From the NCBI GenBank assembly GCA_043798915.1, contig JAZDOG010000101.1, positions 21,150 through 85,149 on the forward strand: 64,000 nt of DNA, written 5' to 3'. Under the pieces are notes generated by a model. That model did no database searches and was not told the DNA's origin. It saw nothing but the letters and a program-made list of their open reading frames with translations. Shown here one piece after another: positions 31,746 through 41,055 of the stretch. Origin of the DNA: Pseudomonadota bacterium (lineage in GTDB: Bacteria; UBA10199; 2-02-FULL-44-16; JAAZCA01). The first letter of the stretch is position 1. Every line of letters begins with the position of its first letter. A program made the position numbers and the translations under genes.

Positions 31746-32761
31746 CACACCTCTTCGATCAGCTCCTCTTCCGCCCAGACTTTTTTGCGCTCGTGGGCGC
31801 CGAGGAAGACTAACCCTAAGGCTATCCAGAACGCGGCCCTGAGCCGCTTTGCAATCTGAATCGTGATGCCCAGCGCCGGGTCGAGGTGCAGCAGATAGAG
31901 CACGCCGCTGTATGCGCCCTCCATGACGCCGAAGGCGCCAGGGACGAACGTGAAGACCGCGTTGACCATCGGCGCGAGCGCCGTGAGCACCAGCGCCGCG
32001 AAGAGCGTGAAGTCGTCCGAGACGACGCGGCCGATGGCATATATCTCGATGATGCCGATCGCTCTCCCGGCGATGTGGTAGCCGAGAGCTATCAGGAAGC
32101 CCCTGTGGCTCTCCTCGTAGAAGTCGATGATGTGGGTGTCGAGCTCGGTGAATCTCCTCACGGTCTTTTCCGAAAACTCGCGCTTGATCCCCAAACGCTG
32201 GCAGAGGTTGAATATCAGGCTGAAGAAGCCGCGCCGCTGGTGGATAAATATGAAGGCGATGAATGCTGTCGAGATGAGGACGACGATCGGGACGCCGTAC
32301 TTGATGTTCGACGGCAGCGCGTCGAAGGTGACGAAGGACGCCACGATCCCGGCGAGGATAACGATGAGCGTCGCCGCGCTGTGGAGCGTTCTGTCGACGA
32401 CGACGGAGGCCGCGCCCTCCGACATCCTGAAGTTCTTCTTGAGGAGATGGATGCGCATCGGATCGCCGCCGATGAAGTTGGCTGGCGTCATCGTGTTCAC
32501 CGCCTCGCCCATGATCTTTATGCGGAAGAGATCCCAGAATCCGATGCCGTCGCCCAGACGGTGCAGGAACTGCATCCAGGCGGCGGTGTAGAGGGCATAC
32601 CAGCAGGCGGACATGATGAGTATCGGAACGAAGAGCCATCCGATCTCGGTCATGTTCGCGATGATGGTGTGGATGCCGATTTTTCTGACGAGTGCGACAA
32701 GCAGCGCGATGCCGATCGCGAGGCAGATATAGCGGAGCTTTTTTGCGAGATAGGATGTCAT
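31745..32761 (-). CDS. Flippase-like (UPF0104 / LPG-synthase TM) membrane protein
   Basis: Multi-TM protein with 'N..TPA..IGGDP.R', 'SVVVDR', 'VPGAFGVMEG'. Confidence 0.82.
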   Translation of the reverse strand: MTSYLAKKLRYICLAIGIALLVALVRKIGIHTIIANMTEIGWLFVPILIMSACWYALYTAAWMQFLHRLGDGIGFWDLFRIKIMGEAVNTMTPANFIGGDPMRIHLLKKNFRMSEGAASVVVDRTLHSAATLIVILAGIVASFVTFDALPSNIKYGVPIVVLISTAFIAFIFIHQRRGFFSLIFNLCQRLGIKREFSEKTVRRFTELDTHIIDFYEESHRGFLIALGYHIAGRAIGIIEIYAIGRVVSDDFTLFAALVLTALAPMVNAVFTFVPGAFGVMEGAYSGVLYLLHLDPALGITIQIAKRLRAAFWIALGLVFLGAHERKKVWAEEELIEEV

Positions 32762-33480
32762 CTGAGATAGTCCGGGTTCGCGTTGAGCGTCGATTCGGCG
32801 TTCGCCAGATCATCCGGCGTGTCGACCTCGAGCCATTTTATGCCTGTGGCGTCGCAGATGTTCACCGGGCAGCCTTCGCCCTCGAGCTTTGCGAGCGCGC
32901 ACTCCACCGATGCCGCGTCGCCTTCGGAACTCCTCGCTGTTCCGACCGAACGGCGGTAAGCGGGGAGGCTCGCTTTATCGCAGCAGGTCATCCCGATATA
33001 TCCGCCGTCGAAGTCGGCGAGCTCCTTGTGTATGCGCGCGAGGCTGCCGTCCGGGCCCAGCTTCACCTTCATGTCGTCGGCGACGAGCGCCCTGTCGAAA
33101 TCGCAGACGGCCGAGATGCCATTTTTGCGTTCGGCGATTCGCATCATGAGCCGCCTGGGGTAGATGTGGTCGACGTTCATCACGAGCAGGTCGGAGCAGG
33201 CCAGCGGCAGGGCCGTCTCTATGCTCCTGATGCTGCCGTCCCTGAAATGCGGGTTGTGTGACGTCTTCGCGTCCGGCCTGTGTTCCTTGAGGAACGATTC
33301 AAGGCGCTCCGCGCCGAAGCCGGTCACGACGATCCTCTCCGTGATCATGGGATTGTCGAGAAAGTCCATCACGCGGAGAATCAGCTCGCGGCCGGCGACG
33401 CGCACGAGCGCCTTCGGGCTCTCGCTCGTCAGATCGCCCAGCCTCACTCCCATCCCGGCTGCAAGAATGATTGCCTGCAT
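32758..33480 (-). CDS. NTP transferase (LicC/IPCT-like cytidylyltransferase)
   Basis: 'AIILAAGMGVRL...PKAL', 'WLEVDTPDDL'. Confidence 0.85.
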   Translation of the reverse strand: MQAIILAAGMGVRLGDLTSESPKALVRVAGRELILRVMDFLDNPMITERIVVTGFGAERLESFLKEHRPDAKTSHNPHFRDGSIRSIETALPLACSDLLVMNVDHIYPRRLMMRIAERKNGISAVCDFDRALVADDMKVKLGPDGSLARIHKELADFDGGYIGMTCCDKASLPAYRRSVGTARSSEGDAASVECALAKLEGEGCPVNICDATGIKWLEVDTPDDLANAESTLNANPDYLR

Positions 33481-34124
33481 CAGAACATCCCTTTCAGCTC
33501 CGATAAATTCGCGATCACTTTGACGTCGCCGAATTTTTCAATGAATTGATGGCGCGTGAAGGTGCCTTCCTTGCCGATGAAGGTGATGCCGGAATCCCTC
33601 GCGCGCTCGCCGTCCTTGATGGAATCGCCGACGAAGGCGATCGAGGAGCGATCGACGCAAAATTTCCGCTCCACCGCAGCGAAGTGATCCTCGCCCTTCT
33701 CGAAGTTCTCCTTAAACCCCATCACCATGTCAAATTCAAGCCCCGCGTTGTTCACATATCTTTCCACGAGCTCCTGAAAATTGTTGGAGGAGATCGCCAT
33801 CCTGATGCCGCGGCCCTTGAGATAGGCGAGCGTCTCCGGGGCATCTTCGAAGAGCGGCTCCCTGAAGTATCCTGCGAGCTTTGTCTTTTCGAACTCCTGG
33901 GCGGTCGCCGCGTTGGCTGGATCGCCTGGGAACAGCGCCTCCAGCTGCTGGAAGAACGGGAGGCCGGATGTCTCGAGGTATAGGCGCCTTGCCTCCGCGC
34001 TGTCCACGGGCAGACGCCTGGGCATGACTTCCGCAGCGATGTCGGCGAAGGCCTCCATCGAATTGACGAGCGTGCCGTCGAAGTCGAAGACAAGAACGTC
34101 GCTTGTGACTCGTCGCTCGTTCAT
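33480..34124 (-). CDS. HAD-family phosphatase
   Basis: 'FDFDGTLVNS', 'FVGDSIKD'. Confidence 0.88.
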   Translation of the reverse strand: MNERRVTSDVLVFDFDGTLVNSMEAFADIAAEVMPRRLPVDSAEARRLYLETSGLPFFQQLEALFPGDPANAATAQEFEKTKLAGYFREPLFEDAPETLAYLKGRGIRMAISSNNFQELVERYVNNAGLEFDMVMGFKENFEKGEDHFAAVERKFCVDRSSIAFVGDSIKDGERARDSGITFIGKEGTFTRHQFIEKFGDVKVIANLSELKGMF

Positions 34125-35500
34125 GCGGTTTCTGCCTCCGGATTCGTCTGCACGGCAAACTGCATGTCGGGCCTCGCCGCCAACGGTTTGGCTGCAGGCG
34201 CCGCGTGCTTTTCCGGTGTCAGGCTGAGATACGTGAGAATGATCGCAGACACCGTCGTGCCGAAGGCCGTGATGAAGAGCCACCAGTAGAGGACCCCCGC
34301 CACCGCAAAGAGGAGAAATGCGAAGGAGAAGACGTCCTTCTTGAGCGTGTATTTGCCGTATTTAATAAGGATGAGGAGCCAGCGCGGCTGCCCCGAGAGC
34401 TTCTGCAGGTATTCCGTGTCGAAGGTGACGAAGCTCGCCGACTGCGTGTTTCTCTTGAGATATCTGATCATCCAGAAGAACGTGATTGCGGTCGAGATGA
34501 GCATGATAGCCCCGGCCAGATAGGCCACGTGCGAGTGGGTGTGGCGCCAGTAGCCAGCGATGAGGCCAGTCATGAAGCTGCCGAGGGAGAGGTTGTCGGA
34601 GATCGAGTCGATGTATTGTCCGAACTTGCTCGTCCGGAACGTGAGCTTTGCCACCTCGCCGTCGCATCCGTCGGCTATTGAGGCGATCTGGAAGAGGATT
34701 GCGCCGAGGAGTATGACGTCGTAGCGATGCCCGTCGGCGACGAATACGCCGGAGAAGAGGCCGATCACGATGTTGACCGCCGTGATCGCGTTTGGGCCCA
34801 CCCAGAGCTTGGAGAGCAGGATGCTTACGGGGAGCGAGAAGCGCTTGTTGATGTATTTGGCGACCGGCCCCTGGGCTGAGTGCCGGATGGCCTCGGTGAG
34901 GAATTTTTCGGCCACGGCGCGGTCCCTGCGTCTCTTCACCAGGAACGTGTTGATGGCGAGCGGCTTTTCTACGAAGCGCGCCGAGCCCGCTTCCACCAGG
35001 CGCCGGAGGCAGCTCTCGATAGAGCGAGGCCGCTCCTCCGTGAAGGCCTCGAGCGCCCTCCACACCGATTGAGCGACGTCGATGACCGGGAGAGGAAGCA
35101 CGCCTTCACGGCAGGTGATGACGCCTCCGTTCGCCAGAGGCGCGGCCCTGATCGTCGACACCATCTCCTTTTCAAAGAGGAGGTTCGCGTTGATGACAAG
35201 ACATCGGTTGTCCGCTTCGTCGGCGAGGCGCCGTGCGATCTCCGGGCTCACCCGGTAGGGCTCGTCATAGCTTATCATCTCGATCGCCGGGAGCTGGCTA
35301 TCTCTGTATCTCTCGAGAAAGTGCCCTATCTTCTCCCGCTGCGTTTCGGCGACGAGGAGGATCACCCGTTCGATCCCGGCCTGGGCGAGCGTCATGATGC
35401 CGCGGACGATGATCATGATGCCGGCCACCTTGTCGGTGGCCATCATCATCGCCTCCGGCGTATCGGAGGGGACATATAAAATAGCCTGGCTGTTCTTCAT
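34121..35500 (-). CDS. CDP-alcohol phosphatidyltransferase with degenerate NTP-transferase-like N-domain
   Basis: 'PNAIT' and 'DGCDGEVAK...SKFGQYIDSISD'. Confidence 0.88.
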   Translation of the reverse strand: MKNSQAILYVPSDTPEAMMMATDKVAGIMIIVRGIMTLAQAGIERVILLVAETQREKIGHFLERYRDSQLPAIEMISYDEPYRVSPEIARRLADEADNRCLVINANLLFEKEMVSTIRAAPLANGGVITCREGVLPLPVIDVAQSVWRALEAFTEERPRSIESCLRRLVEAGSARFVEKPLAINTFLVKRRRDRAVAEKFLTEAIRHSAQGPVAKYINKRFSLPVSILLSKLWVGPNAITAVNIVIGLFSGVFVADGHRYDVILLGAILFQIASIADGCDGEVAKLTFRTSKFGQYIDSISDNLSLGSFMTGLIAGYWRHTHSHVAYLAGAIMLISTAITFFWMIRYLKRNTQSASFVTFDTEYLQKLSGQPRWLLILIKYGKYTLKKDVFSFAFLLFAVAGVLYWWLFITAFGTTVSAIILTYLSLTPEKHAAPAAKPLAARPDMQFAVQTNPEAETA

Positions 35501-35597
35501 GCAGAAGTTCTAGCTAACTAGCAGAAATCATTGAAACTTGTAAAGAAAATTCAATTGACTGTGGAAAACCGCTGTGGTAGCCGAAGCACCCTGTCAT

Positions 35598-36551
35598 ATG
35601 CGCCATAAATCGCCACCAACCCTCCGGGGCCTCTGGTATTACCTCCGATGCAATATGAGGAGGTCCCCTCTCCTTGTAAATCTGGAATTTACAAAACATT
35701 GCAACGCCAGGTGTTCGTTCTGCACGTGCTGGCAGGCGGACTCGGCCGGGGAGCTTGCGGACTACGGCCCTGTGATCCGGAAATTCAAGCCGGTCGTGGT
35801 CTCGGTCTCCGGGGGAGAGCCGCTCCTCAGAAAGAACTACGCGGAGCTGCTCAAAGGCATCCGGCCATGTTGTCATTATCTCGTGATCATCACCAACGGC
35901 GCGCTGCTCAACGCCCATTCGGCCGAAAAGCTCCACGACGCCGGCGTCGATCAAATCTGCGTTTCGCTCGATTTTCTCGGAAAAAAGCACGACGAGAACC
36001 GGCAGGTGGAGGGCCTCTATGACCATCTGGCCAGCACGATCCCGGCGCTCACGAAGGCTGGCTGCCGGATTGTGCTCAACACCGTCATCATGGAGTCGAA
36101 CCTGGGGGAGGTCCTGCCGATCGCCTATCGCGCGAAGGAGTGGGGCGCGATGCTCTCCTATTCCGCGTATTGCGCGCTCAAGAGCGACAGCGATGACGGG
36201 ATGGTGAGGGCCGGGCGCTACACGCAGCTCATCGGAATCGTGGATGAGATCCGAAAGCTCAAGCGCAAGCTCGGGCACATCAAGAATTCGGACTATTACC
36301 TCAAGGCGCTGCCGGCCTACTTTCGCGATGGGAGCATGCCGGGTTGCCGGGCGGGCTATCGCTGGCTTCAGGTGACGCCGGACGGCTACGTCCAGCAGTG
36401 CTCGGAGCTCCCGAGGCTCTGCCACTATACGGAATTCACGAGGGAGAAGCTCAAGCCCGCTGTGTGCACGAAATGCTGGTATACCTGCCGGGGCGAGGCG
36501 GAGGCGTCGCATCTGAAACCGGGGCGGCTGATCGAGCTGATCAGGGCGTAA
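35598..36551 (+). CDS. Radical SAM protein with C-terminal Cys (SPASM/twitch-like) extension
   Basis: 'CNARCSFC', 'SGGEPLL', 'CRAG...PDG.V..C...CTKCW..C'. Confidence 0.88.
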   Translation: MRHKSPPTLRGLWYYLRCNMRRSPLLVNLEFTKHCNARCSFCTCWQADSAGELADYGPVIRKFKPVVVSVSGGEPLLRKNYAELLKGIRPCCHYLVIITNGALLNAHSAEKLHDAGVDQICVSLDFLGKKHDENRQVEGLYDHLASTIPALTKAGCRIVLNTVIMESNLGEVLPIAYRAKEWGAMLSYSAYCALKSDSDDGMVRAGRYTQLIGIVDEIRKLKRKLGHIKNSDYYLKALPAYFRDGSMPGCRAGYRWLQVTPDGYVQQCSELPRLCHYTEFTREKLKPAVCTKCWYTCRGEAEASHLKPGRLIELIRA

Positions 36552-36664
36552 AGACGGCATTTTATGTTTTCCCTTGCACGACCTTGAGATTGCCGTTATA
36601 AACACGCGGATTTTTCGCGCACGATAACTATACCGTTACAAACGGTGGAAAGGAGATGGTTAGC

Positions 36665-36889
36665 ATGAAAAAGATTCTCGCAGTGGCCGTAGCGCTGACG
36701 ATCTGCAGCCTCTATGGGCTGGGATGTCAGAAGAAAGCGGTGGACCAGAAGGCAGGGGGACCGGCGAAGATGGAGCAGAAGTTGATGCCGCCACCGCCAC
36801 CGCCACCGCCACCGACGCCGACGCCGCCAGCTGGCGCGGAGCAGCCGGCAGCGCCTGCAGCGCCTGCAGCACCGGCGCCTGGCAAGTAA
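36665..36889 (+). CDS. Small Pro/Ala-rich lipoprotein
   Basis: Signal peptide ending 'GLGC' and a poly-Pro tract; AGGAG RBS. Confidence 0.7.
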   Translation: MKKILAVAVALTICSLYGLGCQKKAVDQKAGGPAKMEQKLMPPPPPPPPPTPTPPAGAEQPAAPAAPAAPAPGK

Positions 36890-36967
36890 CAGGCAAGTTG
36901 AGCAAAGGTGTGTTGTTATCTGAAACACAAGTTTCCGCCGATCGAGGCGGGAGAGGAGAAAGTAACT

Positions 36968-37420
36968 ATGAAGTTATTGAAAGTGGTAGTGATAGCTTTG
37001 GTCCTTTCGGTTCCGGCACTTGTCATGGCGCAGGCCCCGTCCGCATCCACATCGCCTTCGAAGGCGACCGACACGGCAGCGGCGAAGGCCCCGACGACGT
37101 CGCCTTCAGCGACGACGGCAACGAACGCCCCGACGACGTCGCCCTCAGCGACAGCGACGAAGGCCACGACAACGACGGCAGACACAGCGGCGAACAAGGT
37201 TGCTTCGACGCCAGATACGAAGACGTTCGAAGGGACGATCAGCAACATCAACAAAGAGAAGAACAGCTTCACGCTCAAGGACAACACCGGCAGCACGCAG
37301 GACATCGCCTACAATATGCTCAGCACGCTGAAGACCGGCGATAAGGTGAAGGTCAACGTGAAGAAGGATGGCAGCAACTGGACAGCGACCAAGGTCGAGT
37401 CCACGACGACCACGAAGTAA
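36968..37420 (+). CDS. Secreted Thr/Ala-rich protein with small OB-fold-like C-domain
   Basis: Signal peptide ending 'VMA', repeated 'APTTSPSAT', and 'EGTI..I...SFTL...LKTGDKVKV'. Confidence 0.72.
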   Translation: MKLLKVVVIALVLSVPALVMAQAPSASTSPSKATDTAAAKAPTTSPSATTATNAPTTSPSATATKATTTTADTAANKVASTPDTKTFEGTISNINKEKNSFTLKDNTGSTQDIAYNMLSTLKTGDKVKVNVKKDGSNWTATKVESTTTTK

Positions 37421-37447
37421 TGTGATCGTTATCTGAAATCTGCAGAT

Positions 37448-37483
37448 GCAGCGGCCGCCCACAAGGCGGCCGCTGTTGTTTTT
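37448..37483 (+). terminator. Intrinsic terminator
   Basis: cagcggccgcc-cacaa-ggcggccgctg followed by a T-rich tail. Confidence 0.75.
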
Positions 37484-37581
37484 AAATGGTTTTCATCGAG
37501 ATAATCCTGTTTTGGTTTAAATAAGTTCTTATATGTAAAGCATAAGTTGACATATTAATATTATATTAAACTAATGGGTTA

Positions 37582-37627
37582 GGATAATAATGTTTACACA
37601 TATAGATATATGGTGCTATTATTATCC
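37582..37627. promoter_or_regulatory. Inverted-repeat operator upstream of abiEi
   Basis: ggataataat ... attattatcc immediately before the ATG; AbiEi proteins are known to autoregulate through promoter inverted repeats. Confidence 0.55.
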
Positions 37628-37629
37628 AT

Positions 37630-38238
37630 ATGGGGAAGACTGATATCTTCATGAAGGCGGAGGTGATCTTTCGGGCTCGTGGAGGGATCCTTCGGACATC
37701 CGAAGCGATCGAACTTGGGGTCCACCCCCGCACGCTCTACGCAATGAGAAGCGAAGGTTGGATAGTCGAACTGGCGCGTGGTCTCTATCGGCTCGCTAAA
37801 TTCCCTGACCTCAAGTCCCCTGACCTTGCGATTGTTGCATCGAAATGTCCGGGTGGAGTCATCTGTCTCATTTCAGCCCTTTCCTTTCATGGAGTCACGA
37901 CACAGATCCCGCATCAGGTCGACGTCGCGCTCATGAGGGGACGGCGCCCGCCGAGGATCACCTATCCCCCCATCAGGGTCTTCCGATTTGGCAAGGAAGC
38001 ATTCGGGGACGGGATCGAAACCCACACGATCGATCACGTCACGGTCCGGGTGTACAGCGTGGCGAAGACGATCGCCGATTGTTTCAAATTTCGCAATCGC
38101 ATCGGGATCGATGTGGCTGTCGAAGCTCTCAAACTCAGCCGCGAGCGCCGCAAGGCCACGCCGGCAAAAATCATGGAATACGCCCGCATCTGCAGGGTGG
38201 AGCGGGTGATTCAACCCTATCTGGAGGCAATGATATGA
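37630..38238 (+). CDS. Type IV TA antitoxin, AbiEi family
   Basis: 'RGLYRL', 'ICLISALSFH..TTQIP', 'KTIADCFKFRN.IG.DVA.EAL'. Confidence 0.88.
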   Translation: MGKTDIFMKAEVIFRARGGILRTSEAIELGVHPRTLYAMRSEGWIVELARGLYRLAKFPDLKSPDLAIVASKCPGGVICLISALSFHGVTTQIPHQVDVALMRGRRPPRITYPPIRVFRFGKEAFGDGIETHTIDHVTVRVYSVAKTIADCFKFRNRIGIDVAVEALKLSRERRKATPAKIMEYARICRVERVIQPYLEAMI

Positions 38239-39149
38239 AGGCAGAAGCCAAAAGGAACATGGCTCACTCCGTCCATCAGCGTCTGCTCAATGTTGCGCGC
38301 GGGACGATGCGCCCTTTCAATGAGTTGCTGCAGCACTACGCCATCGAACGCTTCCTGTATCGCATCGGGAGGTCGAAACATGCCGAAAAGCTCTTGTTGA
38401 AAGGAGCGTTGCTCCTCCGTGTCTGGAACGTCCCGATGGCCCGGCCCACGATGGACATCGATCTCCTTGGCAGGGTGACTGGAACGCAAGATGAGCTCGC
38501 TGTGATTCTCAAGGATTGCATGCAGATCGAGGTAGAGGACGATGGCCTCGTCTATCTGCCCGACACTCTCAGGATTGAAGCGATCACGAAAGAGGCCGAT
38601 TATCAGGGGACGCGGATGAGGTTCACCGCAAAACTCGGCAACGCACGCGTCCAGGTACAGGTGGATGTGGGTGTCGGTGATATCGTGTATCCCCGTCCCG
38701 TCTGGATCGACTTCCCTACGATTCTCGGGAACGAATCGCCTCATCTTCTGGCATACACACCAGAGAGCGCCATCGCCGAAAAGTTTCAAGCGATGGTGGC
38801 GCTGGGTATGGCGAATAGCCGAATGAAGGACTATCACGACATCTGGATGCTGGCGAATACCCTTGAATTCGACGGGAAGATTTTCTCAGAAGCGATCAGG
38901 AGGACGTTTGATCGGCGAGAGACACGGCTTCCAGAATTGACGCCACCTGCCCTGAACGAAAAGTTTCATTCAGACGAGACGAAGAGGACTCAATGGAGCG
39001 CTTTCATCCGTGGACTGAAGCTCAAGGATGCATTGGCCCTGGAAAATGTGGTCGTCCTTGCGGCTCAAATGCTGATGCCTCCGTCGATCGTGATGTCGGC
39101 GAACAAACCATTCGAGATGAAGTGGAACCCCGGCGGGCCGTGGAAATAG
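38235..39149 (+). CDS. Type IV TA toxin, AbiEii/AbiGii nucleotidyltransferase
   Basis: 'ERFLYRI', 'LKGALL', 'RPTMDIDL', 'AEKFQA', 'NSRMKDYHD'. Confidence 0.9.
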   Translation: MKAEAKRNMAHSVHQRLLNVARGTMRPFNELLQHYAIERFLYRIGRSKHAEKLLLKGALLLRVWNVPMARPTMDIDLLGRVTGTQDELAVILKDCMQIEVEDDGLVYLPDTLRIEAITKEADYQGTRMRFTAKLGNARVQVQVDVGVGDIVYPRPVWIDFPTILGNESPHLLAYTPESAIAEKFQAMVALGMANSRMKDYHDIWMLANTLEFDGKIFSEAIRRTFDRRETRLPELTPPALNEKFHSDETKRTQWSAFIRGLKLKDALALENVVVLAAQMLMPPSIVMSANKPFEMKWNPGGPWK

Positions 39150-39478
39150 CATTCGGTGAAGACCTCAAAAGCTCATCAAACGGAGCAAATGTGCTGATTG
39201 TTTAAGGCCTTGTTATTAAAAACTTGTTTTTGATCCGTCTGATGGTTTTTTTAGTGCCGAGGATCGGAGCCCCCTCCGTAGACGACCCGCCACGACTGCG
39301 CAACGTCGTGGCGGGTCACTCCGGGGACCCGCATCCCTAACGACACCGGCTGTACAAAACACAGCCGCTTTCGTAAGGGCTGCGTGTCGCCCCGACTCTT
39401 CATGGGCAGGTCGTCGGTTCGATTACGACCAGGACGCAAAAAGCAACGCCCCCTAAAAAATGGGAGCGTTGCTTTTTG

Positions 39479-39551
39479 AGCCGAGGATCGGAATCGAACC
39501 GACGACCTGCTGATTACGAATCAGCTGCTCTACCAGCTGAGCTACCTCGGC
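39479..39551 (-). tRNA. tRNA-Thr(CGT)
   Basis: GCCGAGGTAGCTCAGCTGGTAGAGCA-GCTGA-TTCGTAA-TCAGC-AGGTCGTCGGTTCGATTCCGATCCTCGGCT folds to a cloverleaf; CCA is not encoded. Confidence 0.95.
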
Positions 39552-39656
39552 GAATTTTTTCCCGATACACGATATTCGATATACGAATATCGAAATTTTG
39601 CGCCAGCATAATCCGTATATCGTGTATCGGAACAAATTTCGCTAGCGCGAAATTTG

Positions 39657-39740
39657 TGCCGCCCCCCGGAATTGAACCGGGACGGGATTGCTCCCTCGTG
39701 ATTTTGAGTCACGCGCGTCTGCCAGTTCCGCCAGGGCGGC
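39657..39740 (-). tRNA. tRNA-Leu(CAA)
   Basis: Anticodon arm CGTGA-CTCAAAA-TCACG, long variable arm GGGAGCAATCCC, T-loop GTTCAAT. Confidence 0.95.
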
Positions 39741-39754
39741 GAATAACACATGCA

Positions 39755-39982
39755 TTATGATGCAGTCTTCTTCTTGGAACGCTTGCCATTCACTTCCTCT
39801 GTCACCTGGCGGACCTTGCCGTCGGCTATTTCGCGCAGCGAGATGACCGACTCGCGATTTTTGCAGTTCACGATTGGTTTTGAGCCCTTGTAGAGCTGCT
39901 TGGTGCGCTGGGCGGCGAGGTGCACGAGCGAGAAGCGGTTGTCGACGTAATCGAGGCAATCCTCAACGGTGACGCGTGCCAT
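39755..39982 (-). CDS. rpoZ: RNA polymerase omega subunit
   Basis: '[21 protein letters not shown]'. Confidence 0.95.
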   Translation of the reverse strand: MARVTVEDCLDYVDNRFSLVHLAAQRTKQLYKGSKPIVNCKNRESVISLREIADGKVRQVTEEVNGKRSKKKTAS

Positions 39983-40126
39983 TGCAAACCTCCAATAAAC
40001 CTGCCTGTAAGTGTACGAGAGACTACTTTTACGGGGTGTCCCCCTCTAGTAGGATTGTCGCAGAAAGTCAAGGAGTTCGAGCTGTTTGACTTAGGAAGCG
40101 AGGGCATGGTACCTCTTTGATATCCC

Positions 40127-40987
40127 ATGGGCTTCAGGTTTGCCGACAAGGTCCTATCCGTCCTCTCTGCCATTCGGGCCGCCGGTTTTTTTTCACGGCA
40201 GCGCGAGAAGGCTCTCTTCAAGTCGGAGTTTCTGGCGACGATAAGCCACGAGCTGCGCACGCCCCTCACGGCCATCATCGGATTTTCCGAGCTCCTCATG
40301 GAGGGCGTGATGGGCGAGCTTACGGAGGAACAGAAGGAGTGCCTGGGCGAGGTCCTCCATAATTCGGCGGACCTCCAGCGCCTCATCAACAGCCTCCTGG
40401 ATATCACGAAGATCGAGGCGGGGAGGATGAGGCTGGATGTGCATGAATTTGACCTCACGGAGACTGTGAGGAGGGTCTGCCGCTCGATTGCCCCTTTTGC
40501 AGAGAAGAAGCGGCAGGAACTCCAGATCAAGCTTCCGGATGGCAAGTTGTCCGTGTGCGGCGACGAGCGAAAGATTCAGCGATCCATTTCAAGCCTCCTT
40601 GCCAACGCCAACAAGTTCACGGAGGAGGGGGGGCACATAAGGGTGGGCGTCCGAAGCTTTGGCTCGTGGGGCGAGATCAGGGAGCGCGCGGGGTGGTGGC
40701 GGCGCCCGGCAAAAGGCGCAGACGTCTTCCGTTCCGGGTGCGTGGAGATCTCCGTGGAGGATGACGGCATAGGCATTCAGGAGAATCAGCTGGACCGTGT
40801 CTTCGAGGCGTTTCATCAGGTGGATGGCGGAGTGACGCGAAGCTTCGGCGGCACCGGGGTGGGTCTGGCGCTTGCGCGGAAGTTCGTCGAGATGCACGGC
40901 GGCTTCATCTGGGCGGAGAGCGAGCTTGGCAAGGGGGCGAAGTTCACGGCGGTGTTGCCGCTGAAATCCGTGAATCGTGAATCGTGA
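40127..40987 (+). CDS. Histidine kinase (HisKA + HATPase_c) lacking a sensor domain
   Basis: 'SHELRTPL', 'NANKFT', 'DDGIGI', 'GTGVGL'. Confidence 0.88.
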   Translation: MGFRFADKVLSVLSAIRAAGFFSRQREKALFKSEFLATISHELRTPLTAIIGFSELLMEGVMGELTEEQKECLGEVLHNSADLQRLINSLLDITKIEAGRMRLDVHEFDLTETVRRVCRSIAPFAEKKRQELQIKLPDGKLSVCGDERKIQRSISSLLANANKFTEEGGHIRVGVRSFGSWGEIRERAGWWRRPAKGADVFRSGCVEISVEDDGIGIQENQLDRVFEAFHQVDGGVTRSFGGTGVGLALARKFVEMHGGFIWAESELGKGAKFTAVLPLKSVNRES

Positions 40988-41055
40988 ATCGTGGATTTTT
41001 CTGTTTTATCTTGCATCCTTAACGTGTATAATCCGTCGCAACAGGGGATACTTTG

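Noticed and set aside
31059..32813. 584-aa ORF in the track
   Set aside because: Only the last ~228 aa (aldolase) are real; the rest is an alternative frame over the flippase-like gene.
36780..37200. Tandem repeats as CRISPR or mobile repeats
   Set aside because: They are coding low-complexity Pro/Ala/Thr repeats; no repeat-spacer array or cas gene is present in the window.
37451..37458. Inferring endonuclease specificity from site avoidance
   Set aside because: GCGGCCGC and CGGCCG occur in the window and I cannot compute k-mer depletion by eye; specificity is left unknown.
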